Translations under genes and position numbers: made by a program
DNA from: Schizochytrium sp. TIO01
Lineage: Eukaryota; Protista; Bigyra: Labyrinthulomycetes
DNA: 64,000 nt
Reading direction: 5' to 3'
Assembly (NCBI GenBank): GCA_004764695.1
Contig: SMSO01000034.1
Span: forward strand, 2,170,001-2,234,000
In this document: piece after piece, positions 1 through 11,582 of the stretch
Layout: each line of letters begins with the position of its first letter
Position numbering within the stretch: the first letter of the stretch is position 1
Notes under the pieces: model-generated
The model's input: the letters and a program-made list of their open reading frames with translations, nothing else
What the model was told of the DNA's origin: nothing
The model's database searches: none

Positions 1-4
1 CATA

Positions 5-2131
5 ATGTCGCACGCCCCACTTCCTGCACACGCTAACAGGGCTCCTACAATACCGTCCCACCGTTCACAACAACCACAACATAATCCTGCTGCTCTCCCC
101 CCCTCTTCTTCTAATCCAGGCCTTTCTTCTTACACGAAATTGGATGGGGATGAAGATCTGGCTTGTGAGTTGCTGATGACCCGCCCTGATGCGCAAGGTG
201 AAGTTATGAGGAACGGTGGATATATAGATGGTCGCACCGGTGTTGCCTCCTACCCTTCGTCATATGAACCTGGAATGACGCACGAAAACCTTGACGAAAG
301 TGTGCTGCAACACCATCATCAGCAACAATCTCAACTTCAACAACACCAGCCACCAATGGCCTCGCGTGCACCACCCCACAACTCTTCTTATGAATACGAC
401 TCCCACCGCATGCACACTCCCACCGATGAATCAACAGTATCTGGAGGTGGAATGTCAGCTCATACGACCGGAGACTATTCCCATACAGATAGTGGAGACA
501 ATGAGACAGATGAATTTCGTCGTTTCTTTATTGACGCTTTCTGGGCAGATGAAGGACCGACTATTGATGAATTCTCTAGTTCAAGAGGTGCACCGAAGCG
601 CTCACGTAATGTACAAACACCCCCCATGGAGCCCATTCTCTCTCTGAATACATTTTCCACTAACAAGCTTGACAATGTGGACTTTGGGGCGGAGGAAGTT
701 CCAAAGAGCTTGCCAACACCTCCTCCTCTCAAACCTATGTTGAAACGAGAAGAGGCTCATCGCGAGGATCCTCCACCGCCGAAAGAGATTAGCGCTATCT
801 TTGGCCAACCTCTGGATACTGAAGAAGACGCCATCAATGCAAAGGTTTGGCGTCTTGTCTTGGTTCTTGCGCTTATTGAAGCTCACTGGTGCTCCATGGG
901 AAACAACAAACGTGGCATGGTCTCGCCATCGGCCACCTCCACCGCTGGTGTTGGTGGATCTGTCCCTGAACCTATTCCAGGTCATGCTACAGACATGTTC
1001 TCACGCATTCTCCAAAATGATGCTCTGCCTAATGACCTCCCCGAATCAGTTAAGGCAAACCAAGAGCACCTCTTTGCTCTGCAACGTGAGCAGCGCCGGC
1101 TTGATGCAGAGCATCGCGCTTCTCAAGAACATGGAGGTCAATCCACCAACAGTCAAGGCCCCGTTGACAGATATCTCACGCATATGTCTGACGACAATCG
1201 CGAAGTTGTACGTCAACTTGCGACATTTTTAGTGGAAGAGCAATCTTTTACACGGGCAATCGAGAAAACTCTCAACGGGCTGCCTCCGAACTCTTCCATG
1301 AAACGGCTCAAGATGGCGTTTATCAAGGTCACGCATGAACAACTGAATTTGTTTTGTGAATCGTATGGCTTGACACTTTACCAATTCGACCGCCTCTTCG
1401 AGGACCAACCCAACTTGTCATTCCTGAAGCAGGCTGCTGTACGTCTTAAAATGCTCAATGAGACTATGGCTCAGTACAAGGATACTGGTCGTGAGACGAT
1501 TAGTAGTGCGTTTGTGCCAGACCCTTCAAACAAGAAGGGCCGATACAATATGTCTCTTCCAGCCTCGTTACGTGACCAACATGTGAACATTAGCGGCGTA
1601 TATGAGATGGATGATAGCCTTTCCGAAGCACACGCCTTCTTCCGTGAACTACGTGGTGTACCTTGGACGCTGCGTACTATGATTGGCTACATTGAGAAGA
1701 CCATGAACATCTCGCAGACGTGTTACGAACGCATTTATATGCAGGGCCAAAGAAAGCTTCTTTCAAACGGAGGAAACCTGTACATCACCGATGGTCGTTT
1801 ACGTAAATTTACTTTGCTCAGCCCTGTCCCCTGGAGTCGTCCTCTTGCTGAGTATTACCGCGCTTGGTTTGCGGAACCCTACTTTTACCTTGTACATTAC
1901 TATTCAGAGACAGATCGCCTTACTCGCGTTATCCATTATCAACCCTACCGGCTGCACTTCCGCATATCGGCCGAGAGGTTGGATCTTGTGACTAACGAAT
2001 GGCAAACTATCGAGACCAGGGAGGGCTTCGCCAACCTTGTTCGCCCAGCGCCAAACTTCAACGCGGATAAGTGGACCACCCCTTCCTTTGCTTCAGACCC
2101 CGAAATGTTTTTAGAGCAAAGTCTAGGTTAA
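5..2131 (+). CDS. Hypothetical protein (708 aa); low-complexity N-terminus and a possible FABP/lipocalin-like beta-barrel near the C-terminus
   Basis: Long intronless ATG ORF with a P/Q/S-rich disordered N-half. The segment NISGVYEMDDSLSEAHAFFRELRGVPWTLRTMIGYIEKTMNISQ resembles the FABP/CRABP N-terminal strand-helix-helix motif (domain call is weak). The ORF could extend upstream of the window. Confidence 0.7.
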   Translation: MSHAPLPAHANRAPTIPSHRSQQPQHNPAALPPSSSNPGLSSYTKLDGDEDLACELLMTRPDAQGEVMRNGGYIDGRTGVASYPSSYEPGMTHENLDESVLQHHHQQQSQLQQHQPPMASRAPPHNSSYEYDSHRMHTPTDESTVSGGGMSAHTTGDYSHTDSGDNETDEFRRFFIDAFWADEGPTIDEFSSSRGAPKRSRNVQTPPMEPILSLNTFSTNKLDNVDFGAEEVPKSLPTPPPLKPMLKREEAHREDPPPPKEISAIFGQPLDTEEDAINAKVWRLVLVLALIEAHWCSMGNNKRGMVSPSATSTAGVGGSVPEPIPGHATDMFSRILQNDALPNDLPESVKANQEHLFALQREQRRLDAEHRASQEHGGQSTNSQGPVDRYLTHMSDDNREVVRQLATFLVEEQSFTRAIEKTLNGLPPNSSMKRLKMAFIKVTHEQLNLFCESYGLTLYQFDRLFEDQPNLSFLKQAAVRLKMLNETMAQYKDTGRETISSAFVPDPSNKKGRYNMSLPASLRDQHVNISGVYEMDDSLSEAHAFFRELRGVPWTLRTMIGYIEKTMNISQTCYERIYMQGQRKLLSNGGNLYITDGRLRKFTLLSPVPWSRPLAEYYRAWFAEPYFYLVHYYSETDRLTRVIHYQPYRLHFRISAERLDLVTNEWQTIETREGFANLVRPAPNFNADKWTTPSFASDPEMFLEQSLG

Positions 2132-2977
2132 AATGGGCTGTTCTGAACCGACAGAGCAGCTCCTCTTGCGAATGTCTATTGGAACAGAAAACGGCTCGTT
2201 CTTGCTCCTGTGACCAGCGCCAATGTGCTGGTCAATACCAATATACTTATGATCCGAGAAATCGATCATTAAAACCAGATCAGATAAATCGATCAATCGC
2301 CTATATTGATAGCTGTGCGGGAAGCTCAGTTCTTATCGGGAAAAGTTATGCAAGTATTGGTTAATCAATATAGCGTTTGCTTTATTGCGTTTCCTTTGCC
2401 TTTAGAGAGGAAATGACATGCAACCCTATATATTGTTGTACCTGTATTTCAGCTACTCTATTATTTTGACTCTCACCTACCAATAACTCGACAACTTCTG
2501 TCAAAGGTGAGAGTTCAGATCTTGGATGATTGATCTAAATCTCGTCTCAGTGAAACTGCCAATATTTCCAAAATATAAACTCAAATCTCAGCCTAAGGTA
2601 GATATAGATGTTCATTGCTGTGTTTATTCGTTATTGTTCTTTCTGTTGAAGCCGCGCATCCTTGCTGCATATTTGATTCGATCCTGAATGTATGTACTTC
2701 ATCTCTCCTTGAAAGTGATTGCAAATATACTTTTAATTTATTAACTGTAGATACCAATAGAAGAATAAAAAGCATTGGTTTGAAAAAGACGCAAGCTGAA
2801 GGAGATAGGGGATTTGACATTGATTTAGAAAGAAAATGTAGTAGAATTAAAAAAGAAAAAAGAAAAATGAATACGATTTTCAAGGAACGATTTACGCCTG
2901 AGTTGAGCACAGGGGCAAGCTGCTAGCGAATAAGGAAGACAAAATACAGGGTATTACGACAAATCAGGATACTACCA

Positions 2978-4252
2978 CTAAGGCAGATGGGAAGGTGGAG
3001 CACATGACAAAGGTAAAATGGAGTCTTCTGAAGCTGATGCAGTAGCATGAGCAGCTGGCGATGGGTCAGAGGCAACAGAATTTGATTCTGTTGCATTAGC
3101 GTCTCCTTTATTCTTCTCGCGCTCTTGGTTCAAGTTGCGACGTTTTTTTTCGAGTGCCTTTTCACGCTTGGCTCGTTTCTTTGCCTGACGCTTTGATAAT
3201 GGGTTTGGCGGTAAGTGTCCTTGCGGAAGCTGTGAATATGATTCTCTCTCTGGTAAGCTTGGTGAATCCGATGCGGTGCTGTTCATAGCAGCATTTGAAG
3301 TAGCTCCTGTGTTTTTATCATTCGCGATATCTCCAACAGACGTTTCACGGCGTCTTTGCACAAAAACGTCAATCAGTTGATTGGCTGGGGTACGGGCTAA
3401 TGTAAGGTGCCCGGGTGCTGCTCCAGCTTGACACTGGCGAAGGCGCTTAAGAAAATCTTCTCGGGGCACGCCCTTAGCGCCAAGGTGCGCCTTGTAGTCC
3501 AACAACATGCCTAGATCCCAGAGCGTCAAGCCCTGAGCCTCTAGAAAGCTGCCGGTAGCCGCCATCTGAACAGATCCCGAACTCGGCATACGTTTAAAGC
3601 CCGAGAGCGCGGTATACGAAGTCCCTACAACATAACCAACCTCGCCTGCTACAAGATCATCGCCATGCCACAACTCAAACGAGTGAACAAAGACCTTCCC
3701 ACCCAGAGCCCCTGTAGCTCCACGTTGCTGCAACGCTTTGAAGGCTTCCACAATCGGAGGGTAAAACCATGATTCTCCATGCTGTTGGTCAATTCCTCTG
3801 CAGACCTCATCAAATGCGGTGTCCATGCTCAACTCAAAGTTCCTCGCTTTTTTGCGAACTGATTTGGGCACATGCATGTCTTTCAGTTCCAAGAGACATC
3901 TTGTAGTGTGCAATTTGGGCAATAAAATGAACTGGTTTCTGCCCAGCGAGTGGGCCATTGGTAGAAATCCAAGGCTCATAAGCTCTGCAATAAAGTCAGG
4001 ATCAAAGGAAACGGCCCAGTTGAAGTCGTCTGGGTTCTTCTCTGCGATCAGGCCCGCCACGTGTTGCAAGTCGCAAAACGGGTGCACGAATGGCAGAGCT
4101 GAAAGCCAGTAGTGCCTTTTCCGCACAGCTTGCGCCAGGGCTACATGTTCCTGAAATCGTCGCTGCAACTCGGCAACTGCCTCTGCAGAAGGTTGGCTTG
4201 TGCCGGCACAGGTCGAGGACGAGCCCGCCTTGGAGCCTTCAGCAGGCTGCAT
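2978..4252 (-). CDS. Leucyl/phenylalanyl-tRNA-protein transferase (Aat/L/F-transferase family) homologue
   Basis: Motifs GFLPMA, HVPKSVRK, MDTAFDEVCRGI, ESWFYP, HSFELWHGDDLVAGEVGYVVG, SGF match the Leu_Phe_trans family. First in-frame ATG at 4252 (the ORF track starts at a TTG, 4303). Basic low-complexity C-tail. Confidence 0.9.
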   Translation of the reverse strand: MQPAEGSKAGSSSTCAGTSQPSAEAVAELQRRFQEHVALAQAVRKRHYWLSALPFVHPFCDLQHVAGLIAEKNPDDFNWAVSFDPDFIAELMSLGFLPMAHSLGRNQFILLPKLHTTRCLLELKDMHVPKSVRKKARNFELSMDTAFDEVCRGIDQQHGESWFYPPIVEAFKALQQRGATGALGGKVFVHSFELWHGDDLVAGEVGYVVGTSYTALSGFKRMPSSGSVQMAATGSFLEAQGLTLWDLGMLLDYKAHLGAKGVPREDFLKRLRQCQAGAAPGHLTLARTPANQLIDVFVQRRRETSVGDIANDKNTGATSNAAMNSTASDSPSLPERESYSQLPQGHLPPNPLSKRQAKKRAKREKALEKKRRNLNQEREKNKGDANATESNSVASDPSPAAHATASASEDSILPLSCAPPSHLP

Positions 4253-6145
4253 GGCGGCCTCTGGAGCCCTTGGGATCTGCGCAGACGTCTCTGCGCCAGC
4301 CAAAGAGCGACTTTCAATTGCCTAATGCAGCTTGTGGTGTCCCGACCGCGACTGAGACCTTCACGCAGTGGACTTTCAAGTTTGTTTGGCGCCTTCTTTT
4401 CTCATCGTCCTTCTCATTCCTTTTCTTCTTCTTCTCCTTCTTATCATCTCCTTTCTTCTTTTCACACACTCTGCCTAAGACTACTTACCTGAAGCTAGGC
4501 CAACCGAATAACTGCTCCAGGAAAGGGGACGCTTCTATTATACTGCGTCTTTCAGTCTTTCACAGTTTAGAACTGTTTGTGGCTTTTCGGAAAGGCTCGA
4601 GAGGTGCGAACATTTCTAACGAAGTCGCAAAGCAGTATCCACAATCCACATGTGAAATTTGGATAACTGGGAGGATTAGAGCAAAGGTTCTGCGTGGCAA
4701 GTTGTACTTGAAGTTGGTTGGAATCACTACTCTTGGTACAGCGATACAGCAAAGGTGGGACGAGCTGATTTGGAAACAAGGAAGTTCGTATGGTGGAGAA
4801 ATCGCGATAGTGTCTAGACCGCCGTTGAGGTCGTCAATGCAGAGGTCAGGAAGATACGATTGTAGTGCAAGGGGATGGTAGCAAAGGAAAACAGCTGATT
4901 GCAAAATGTGCAAGTCTCAGGTTTTCTACTTCCAGCCAGCGTGCGAACTTCTGGAGTCCACGATGCTGTTGCGTAAAATTGTTTTATAAAAATGGAGAAT
5001 GTTAAGGCTATCGTATGAAGTTTAAGTTCTTTTGATAACGTAAAGGTACATGTACCTTGTGCTTTTGTGCTTTCGGATGTAGCGAGATGTTCTTACTTAC
5101 CAAATCACAGAAGCGTTTTGGGTTTGTTTGCGCAGGTCTAACAATTTTGACGAACTCTCTGAGCTATAATCCTTGCATTTGCTCTACTTTAAGAAGACGT
5201 TTGGTTTTTAGAAAAAGAATAAACGTTGGAGAAAATTTCTGGCAATATGTGCGAATGTCAGCAAAGATCTTCCCATTTACCTATTCGCTGATTTTCTTCT
5301 AGAGATAGCTCTGATTATTGAGAGAATATATCTACATTTACCCAAGCTATCATCTCGAGAGTGCCCACCCCCATATAGTATATATATGAGCCAGTCTAGT
5401 ATTTTTAGCCACTTTCGAAATTACTGGCGACGCACAGGGAGTACAAGTCAAACCGTTGGGCTAGTGCTCAAGAAATTGTGTATGTACTCTTCTTCACAAC
5501 CTCGCAACATGGTGTGGCTTTTCATCAATCATTCACTTCAGAACTCTGTTGCAACTGTTCTAAAACTCAGGCACAACTAGTTTCCATAGTCAGCCATCAC
5601 TAAAGCAGTGCAGTGCTGATTCATCATAAAATCTTCACTTATTATTTTTGTCGCCCGTATACTAACATTGTCATTAACCTTCATCCAGGAAGGTCCGTTT
5701 CCCAAGCGTGCCAGCCTTCCTTCTCAATACTCATCTCTCGAACTAGAATCGTTCTCATTTACGCATTGATCATCAGATAAGTCCATGAGCCTTTGAGCAG
5801 ATGTAACTAAAAATCGTAGAATTCTGCCTCTCTCATTTAAAAAATAAATAAAATTGTATATATACAAGTGGGAAAAGTCTGGCACGACGTTGCATTTCCA
5901 CTATTCAGAGTCCTGAAGCCCACACTTTGAAATGATCTTTCAGTTGTGGCGATTTCCACTGTTGCAATGCTGAAAAAATGGAAAAGAGAGGAATGATTTT
6001 GATTGAGATTCATTTACACTTTGATCATTTTGGTTGATTATTCGAAATACTAAGTAATGAGTGACTGGAAGTAAACCTGTGGATGGATGTAACCATTCTC
6101 ACAAACTCCAATCCCGGAGGGCCTTGACGGTAGACTCTTGTGAAG

Positions 6146-8119
6146 ATGTCGTCCACTGCCTCCTCGTTGGAGCGCAAAGCATTTGAAGCAGACTCACTGA
6201 GTGACCGAGGTGATTGGCTCGGCGCTGCCAAGATCTACGAGTCAATCCTGGCTGAAGATGCCTCACATTTACATGCGCTTGCCAACTACGCTGTACTCTG
6301 CACAGAGATGGCTGACGCAGCCTCTCAAAAGGGTCGCGATGTAACTGCTCTTCGCGTGAAGGCAGCGAGTCTGTACTCGAGAGCATTGACTGAGAAACCA
6401 GACTGGTTCGACGGTCATTACAATCTCGCGAATCTGCTCGCTGAGCAGGGCCCTGAAGGCGAGAGCTCGGCAATTCTGCACTACCGTGAGGCACTCAAAG
6501 TCGAGCCAAACGACGCAGATGCGCACAACAACCTTTCCGTATGCCTCCTTCATGCGGGTCAGCTTGAAGTAAGTTAAGCTTGAGGAATGCCCCTTGCCAC
6601 GAGAATAGCGCTGTTGGATAGTCCTTCACAGACATACCAACTTTGCACGCTTATCAAAGATTACTGCATGCAAGAATACATTGGGCTGCATTGCAGTTTG
6701 AACAACAATGACACTGACGTTGAGAGAACCTAAATTACACCCTCTTTGTAAACATTGAAATGTAAAATGGAATAGACCGCGCTTGAGCACGCAAAGACTG
6801 CCGTTCGAATTGACCGCTTACGCCCGGCATTCCTGACAAACCTTGCTGAGTTGTATAACGCTATAGGAGATATCAAGAAGGCTATTTTCTTTGCGAACAA
6901 AAGTACGGAGCCGCAGGCTTTACTCATGCTTGCATCACTTCATCAGCAACAGGGTGAGCTAGATGAAGCTCGTAAAGCCCTCCAGCGCCTTGTGGACACC
7001 GACGCCAAGGGCGAGAACCTCCCAGCTCGGCTTCGGCTTTACTCCCTGTTGGCCTCACAGCCTACTCTCCGGAACGAGGCCAAGACACTTGCAGAAAAGA
7101 GTTCTGTTTTATATGCGAAGCTTTATCCTACAGATAAGGTCGGTCTCGATGCTCTGGAGATGCTTGCTGGTAAGGGCAGCGGTCTTGTGAGCAACGATGA
7201 TGAGGCGGAGCTATCACACGCTGCCGAGATGTGCCTCCTTCATCTTAAACTTGATGATGCGAGTCACCTTGCACACAAGTGTCTCGTGCATGAACGCCTT
7301 GTAGACGCAGGGTTCACAGATATTGCTCCTGTCACCCAGATTTGTGGAACAGATAAGGAGCTTGCTGCTGCTCTTAAGGACGTCCCAGTAGATTCATTGT
7401 GGTACATCAAAGACCCTGCTGTGCAGCGTGGCCAGGGAATCCGTATTGTCAAGGGGCCTGTGGAAGCAGGCCAGGTTGTCAATTGGGTTCCTGAAGGACG
7501 GCGAGTGTGTTTGCAAGAAGCCATCACCCCGATCTTATTGGATGGTCGAAAGTTTGGTGTTCGCATGCACGTTTTTGTTGTGCAGGCTGCAGATGGCGCC
7601 CTGCGTGTCTTCGTGAGCCGCGACGGCATTTTGACAAAGTGCGGTAAGCTCTATGCACACGACGACACCACACGACTTGCACAAATCACATGCACGAGTG
7701 TGCAGCGTGCCGAGGCTGGCTTTGATCGCGAGGCCGTTAAGGGTCCTGCTGTTGAGATGTGGGAGGGCTTCAGCGCCACACTGCCGCGCATTGATGAAAT
7801 TGTACTCTGTTCCATAAAGGCTGTTGCCTCGAGGCTTTGCGAGTCCGTGGAGCAGGCCGAGGGTGATTCAAATACTGCAGTGCGTGCACAGCTTTTCGGT
7901 TATGACTTTTGCTTCGATCAAGATGGCAAACCTTATTTTATTGAAGCAAATATCTCTCCTCAGTTCCAAGATGCCAAGAAGCTTGCGTCACTCCGCAAGG
8001 AGTTGGCTCCATCACTTATCAACACTGTTCCGGCCCTCCTGCGCAATGACGCTGCAGAAATTTTTGAAGACTCCCACCAAGGGTGGAAGCTCATAGGCTC
8101 TATCGCTCAGCAACTCTAA
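6146..8119 (+). CDS. TPR-repeat protein fused to a tubulin-tyrosine-ligase-like (TTL/TTLL) ATP-grasp domain; 2 exons join(6146..6568,6776..8119)
   Basis: Exon 1 has TPRs (HYNLANLL, ALKVEPNDADAHNNLSVCL). GTAAGT donor at 6569 and TAG acceptor ending 6775 join in phase 0 to the 6851..8119 frame. TTL motifs: WYIKDP..RGQGIRIV, LQEAITPILLDGRKFGVRMHV, LFGYDF..D..KPYFIEANISP. Confidence 0.85.
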
Positions 8120-8446
8120 TGAAACTAATTTTAACCAAACATATGTTGCATGCTTTGTACTCATTTATGTATAGACATACATATGTAAAGCAGGAAAGCA
8201 CATTTAAATCATAAAATGAAGGAGACGGGAAAAGGATGAAGATAAAAGTGGTAATAAAACAGTGATCAATCAAATCTAATCTTGTTGGCCATGGTAGAGC
8301 GCTTTGCAAACAGGCATGCGAGAATACGGACCTGGTGTTCGTGATTCTTTATCTTTTTCTCTATATGAGGAAATGTCGCGCTTCCTTTGATTTTTTTGCA
8401 CAAAGTAGGGGTGCCAATGTAGAGTTACGTATATGAACTCTTCGCC

Positions 8447-9238
8447 TTAAGCGTTCTCTTCCATAGACAATTTACCCAAGATGCGACGGTTCTGGCTACG
8501 GCAGATCTCCTGAACCTCATCGCTTGCTTCCTCGTTGACCTTGATCGCGTACATTCCCGGAATAAAGCGATCTGTGAAAGATGAATCCCAATGAAGAAAT
8601 CGCATTTAAAAGACACAGTAAACGCAAAAAGTGATTAGCACACAGAGCCAAATAACAAAACAAAGAAGAGAAAGTAGATGAGCCCACAATATGAAGCATT
8701 TCGTTTTCAATGGGACACATGGTTAGCCGTACGCTCATACAGTTCACATAATCAAATACGTAGAGCACTCGGCAAAGTAGATTGCGTCAGAAGCAACTTT
8801 TGTTTGATCGCACTTACCGATACGCTGCCATTTGGCAACCCAGCTTTCCTTGGGCTGCATCATAGCGACAAGACCTTCGTAGCTCTTTGTAGTTGCACCC
8901 TCCACGATCTCGCGGACTTCCCAGTCGAGAAACGTGCAGTTCGGGCAGCCATGCTCATAAAACTGCATAATTATTGTTGAAATGAATCTCATGACATTTT
9001 ATTTCATAAAGATGGCAAGTTAATCCAATTCACATTAAGTTAGACATCTTGCATCTTCGCAAACCAGTTGAATGTAGTCCATCGCGCTTCCACTAGCGCT
9101 CTCGCTGCTACCTACCTGGTCCGTGGTTTTGACGAGCATGCAAACGATGCAGGCACGGAGACCCTTCATCTCCGTGGGCACGTGGCGGTGGGCCTCGCCG
9201 CCAGCCACATCGTCCTCCATAACGTCTGCGTAAGACAT
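8447..9238 (-). CDS. SPT4: Transcription elongation factor SPT4; 3 exons complement(join(8447..8571,8818..8962,9116..9238)), 130 aa
   Basis: Spliced translation LRACIVCMLVKTTDQ|FYEHGCPNC...TTKSYEGLVAMMQPKESWVAKWQRI|DRFIPGMYAIKV matches the SPT4 zinc-finger and SWVAKWQ motifs. Both introns are GT...AG and keep the frame. Confidence 0.95.
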
Positions 9239-11582
9239 CTTTCCTCCGCCCCAGGCCCACGCGTGATTGCCGCTCGAGGTGCTTTTCGCAGCGATCTCAA
9301 TTTTGCGTTTGCTCTTCGTCGTTTATTCCTTCACGGCCGATTCATCATGATCATTGTTCCTGTACATAATGTCTATTCAGATCTATTCCTATAGTTTGGA
9401 TTATCTGGATTCTTATAGAGAGCACCAATATTGTGGCTAAGAAGATCAAGAACATCTAACTTTATTCTGCATGGATGCCGAAGGACATTGCAAAAGCGGC
9501 GAAACCTCAGAGTTAAAATCCGCCAGGACACAGGTATAGAGAGGACCTGTCGTCTAGTACTGAAAAAATGCTTCGTTGAGATTCGGTTGTGCGCTGGAAA
9601 TTGGTGAGCCATGTCAACCTTGACGATTCACGATATATGAAGGCTCTCTAAAAGAAAGAAAAGCATCTGTTGCTGTGGTTGCTGTGATGTAGTCGAACAT
9701 CTATCACGCGTATGCTCGTGCAGAATAAGATATGAGATGCAATGTATCTCCATGCTCAGGTTCATATTCTTAATTTCAACATAATAAAATAATTATGAGG
9801 AGTGCAATGTCCGTCTGCTTTCACCTGAGCACATCGCTATTCTAGACTACAGAGAGAAGGCAAACGAAGTAGTGAAAGCGCCTACTCTGATGCGGACTAG
9901 GCGTCCTTAAACATCGACCTTCAGCACGGTCTCGACACAATAACATTTGTCAGAGTGAGATGAGACCTGACTGAGAGATTTGGTTATTATATGTTGACCT
10001 TGAGACGACGTTCATCTTGAGCATGAGCAAACAGTAGTGCCTGCAGAAAATCTATGAATACATGTACCATGGTAGTTTTTATTTATAAAGCAACCTTGTA
10101 TTGCAGCTTATTTATTCTTTGAGTGTTAGCTCATTTCAGAACGGAGTCAGAGATCGAAAACTCAAGATTACAATATTTCTTTCTTCTGTTGTCCTTCAAT
10201 CGCACATTATGGATGCATAGGTCACTTATTCGATAATTAAGGTATCCACTGAAATGACTCAGTTGGCACATTTTCCCAGAATTAGTTCGGACCGTATGTC
10301 TGTTCTGCGTTGTAGAAAATAGCACCTAGTGTACAATGGTTTATTGAAATTGCCCTCAAAGCAGGCAGTTAGTTACCTGGATATGGTGGCTTTGTTTGCG
10401 TGACGGATACACGTTTAGAAGCAAGGTGCCAAATGCAACCTCTTTGATTAGCTTATTGCTCCTATTCAATCAAATTGTTTAGATTTAAAATGTATTTAAT
10501 TTAATATTTATTAAAATAAAAAAAAGGCACTACTTAGGTACAATTAAAATGTGCGATGGCACTGTAACTCTTTAAAACACCAGCTGGGACTACATAACTA
10601 GCAGTTTCCAATCAGAGACATTGCCAGAACCTCGAAGGAATTAAACCCTATCACCCTTGTTGTACCCGCTGAACAGCACATACCAGTCGTCATATTCAGG
10701 TTTGCAGCACTCTTCTACTCAAAAACTAATTTCTCACAACATTTGAGGTTGACCTCAATGCTCTCTAAGATCACCTTCAGAGCATCGAAAACCCTCAAGA
10801 GCACCTCAAGAGCAACTACTCAAGAGCGTTCCTGACTATTTCTGTCATCGAGGCTTTCATCTTTCGGCATTGATTGCAGTTGAGTCCTTCTTCGCTAAAT
10901 GGTGGTTGTCATCGGTGCGTTGGAGCATAATTGTGACAACATTTGTAAAGCGATTTAATCGCCTTGTTGATGCTTTTTATTCTTTTGGCTCTTCAATACT
11001 ATTTGATGTTATGTATTGTTTATATTAAAAAGCACTCTTATAGTTTGCAGCATCAAACTGTATATAGTAAGAGTAAGAAGAAAACAACTCTTAGATCTGC
11101 TATATATTTTTTGTATGTTTTCTATAATTTAATTTAAATTTTAATTGAATAATAATTTTTTAGTTAATACTAATAATAATATACAGGTATACGAATAATA
11201 CTTGAAAGAATAAAATTTTAATTTTAAAAAGATGATCAACCGAATTAAATTTTGACCAAATCGGGAATCACCTACTCGTAAACCCAAGTTGGCTTGCGTT
11301 TGAAGGGCAAAGAGCGTAGGCGCGTAAACAGATTTCAAGAACCTATCACGATTGCTTCTGCTGATATCATCTGCTTCGGTCTTGGTCCGACAGGCTCTTT
11401 CGGAGAGGTGACGTTGACGAGATTAGCAACTCGTACGGAGTTGTTGCGACGGATATTCTGCTCGTCACCACAGCACCAGCCAAAGCAGCTTCGCAGCGTC
11501 CATAAGGACATTCCAAAAGCCTACTGAAATCGTTCATTTGGGAGTCTGTCATAGCGGAGGTTTCGGACTCGTTCGAGAGACA

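Noticed and set aside
4090-4881. 263-aa plus-strand ORF overlapping the L/F-transferase start
   Set aside because: Antisense overlap plus a pyrimidine-rich promoter tract; no protein-like features.
10790-10830. Three short ctcaagagc repeats
   Set aside because: Too short and without context; partial likeness to the dyad half-site is probably chance.
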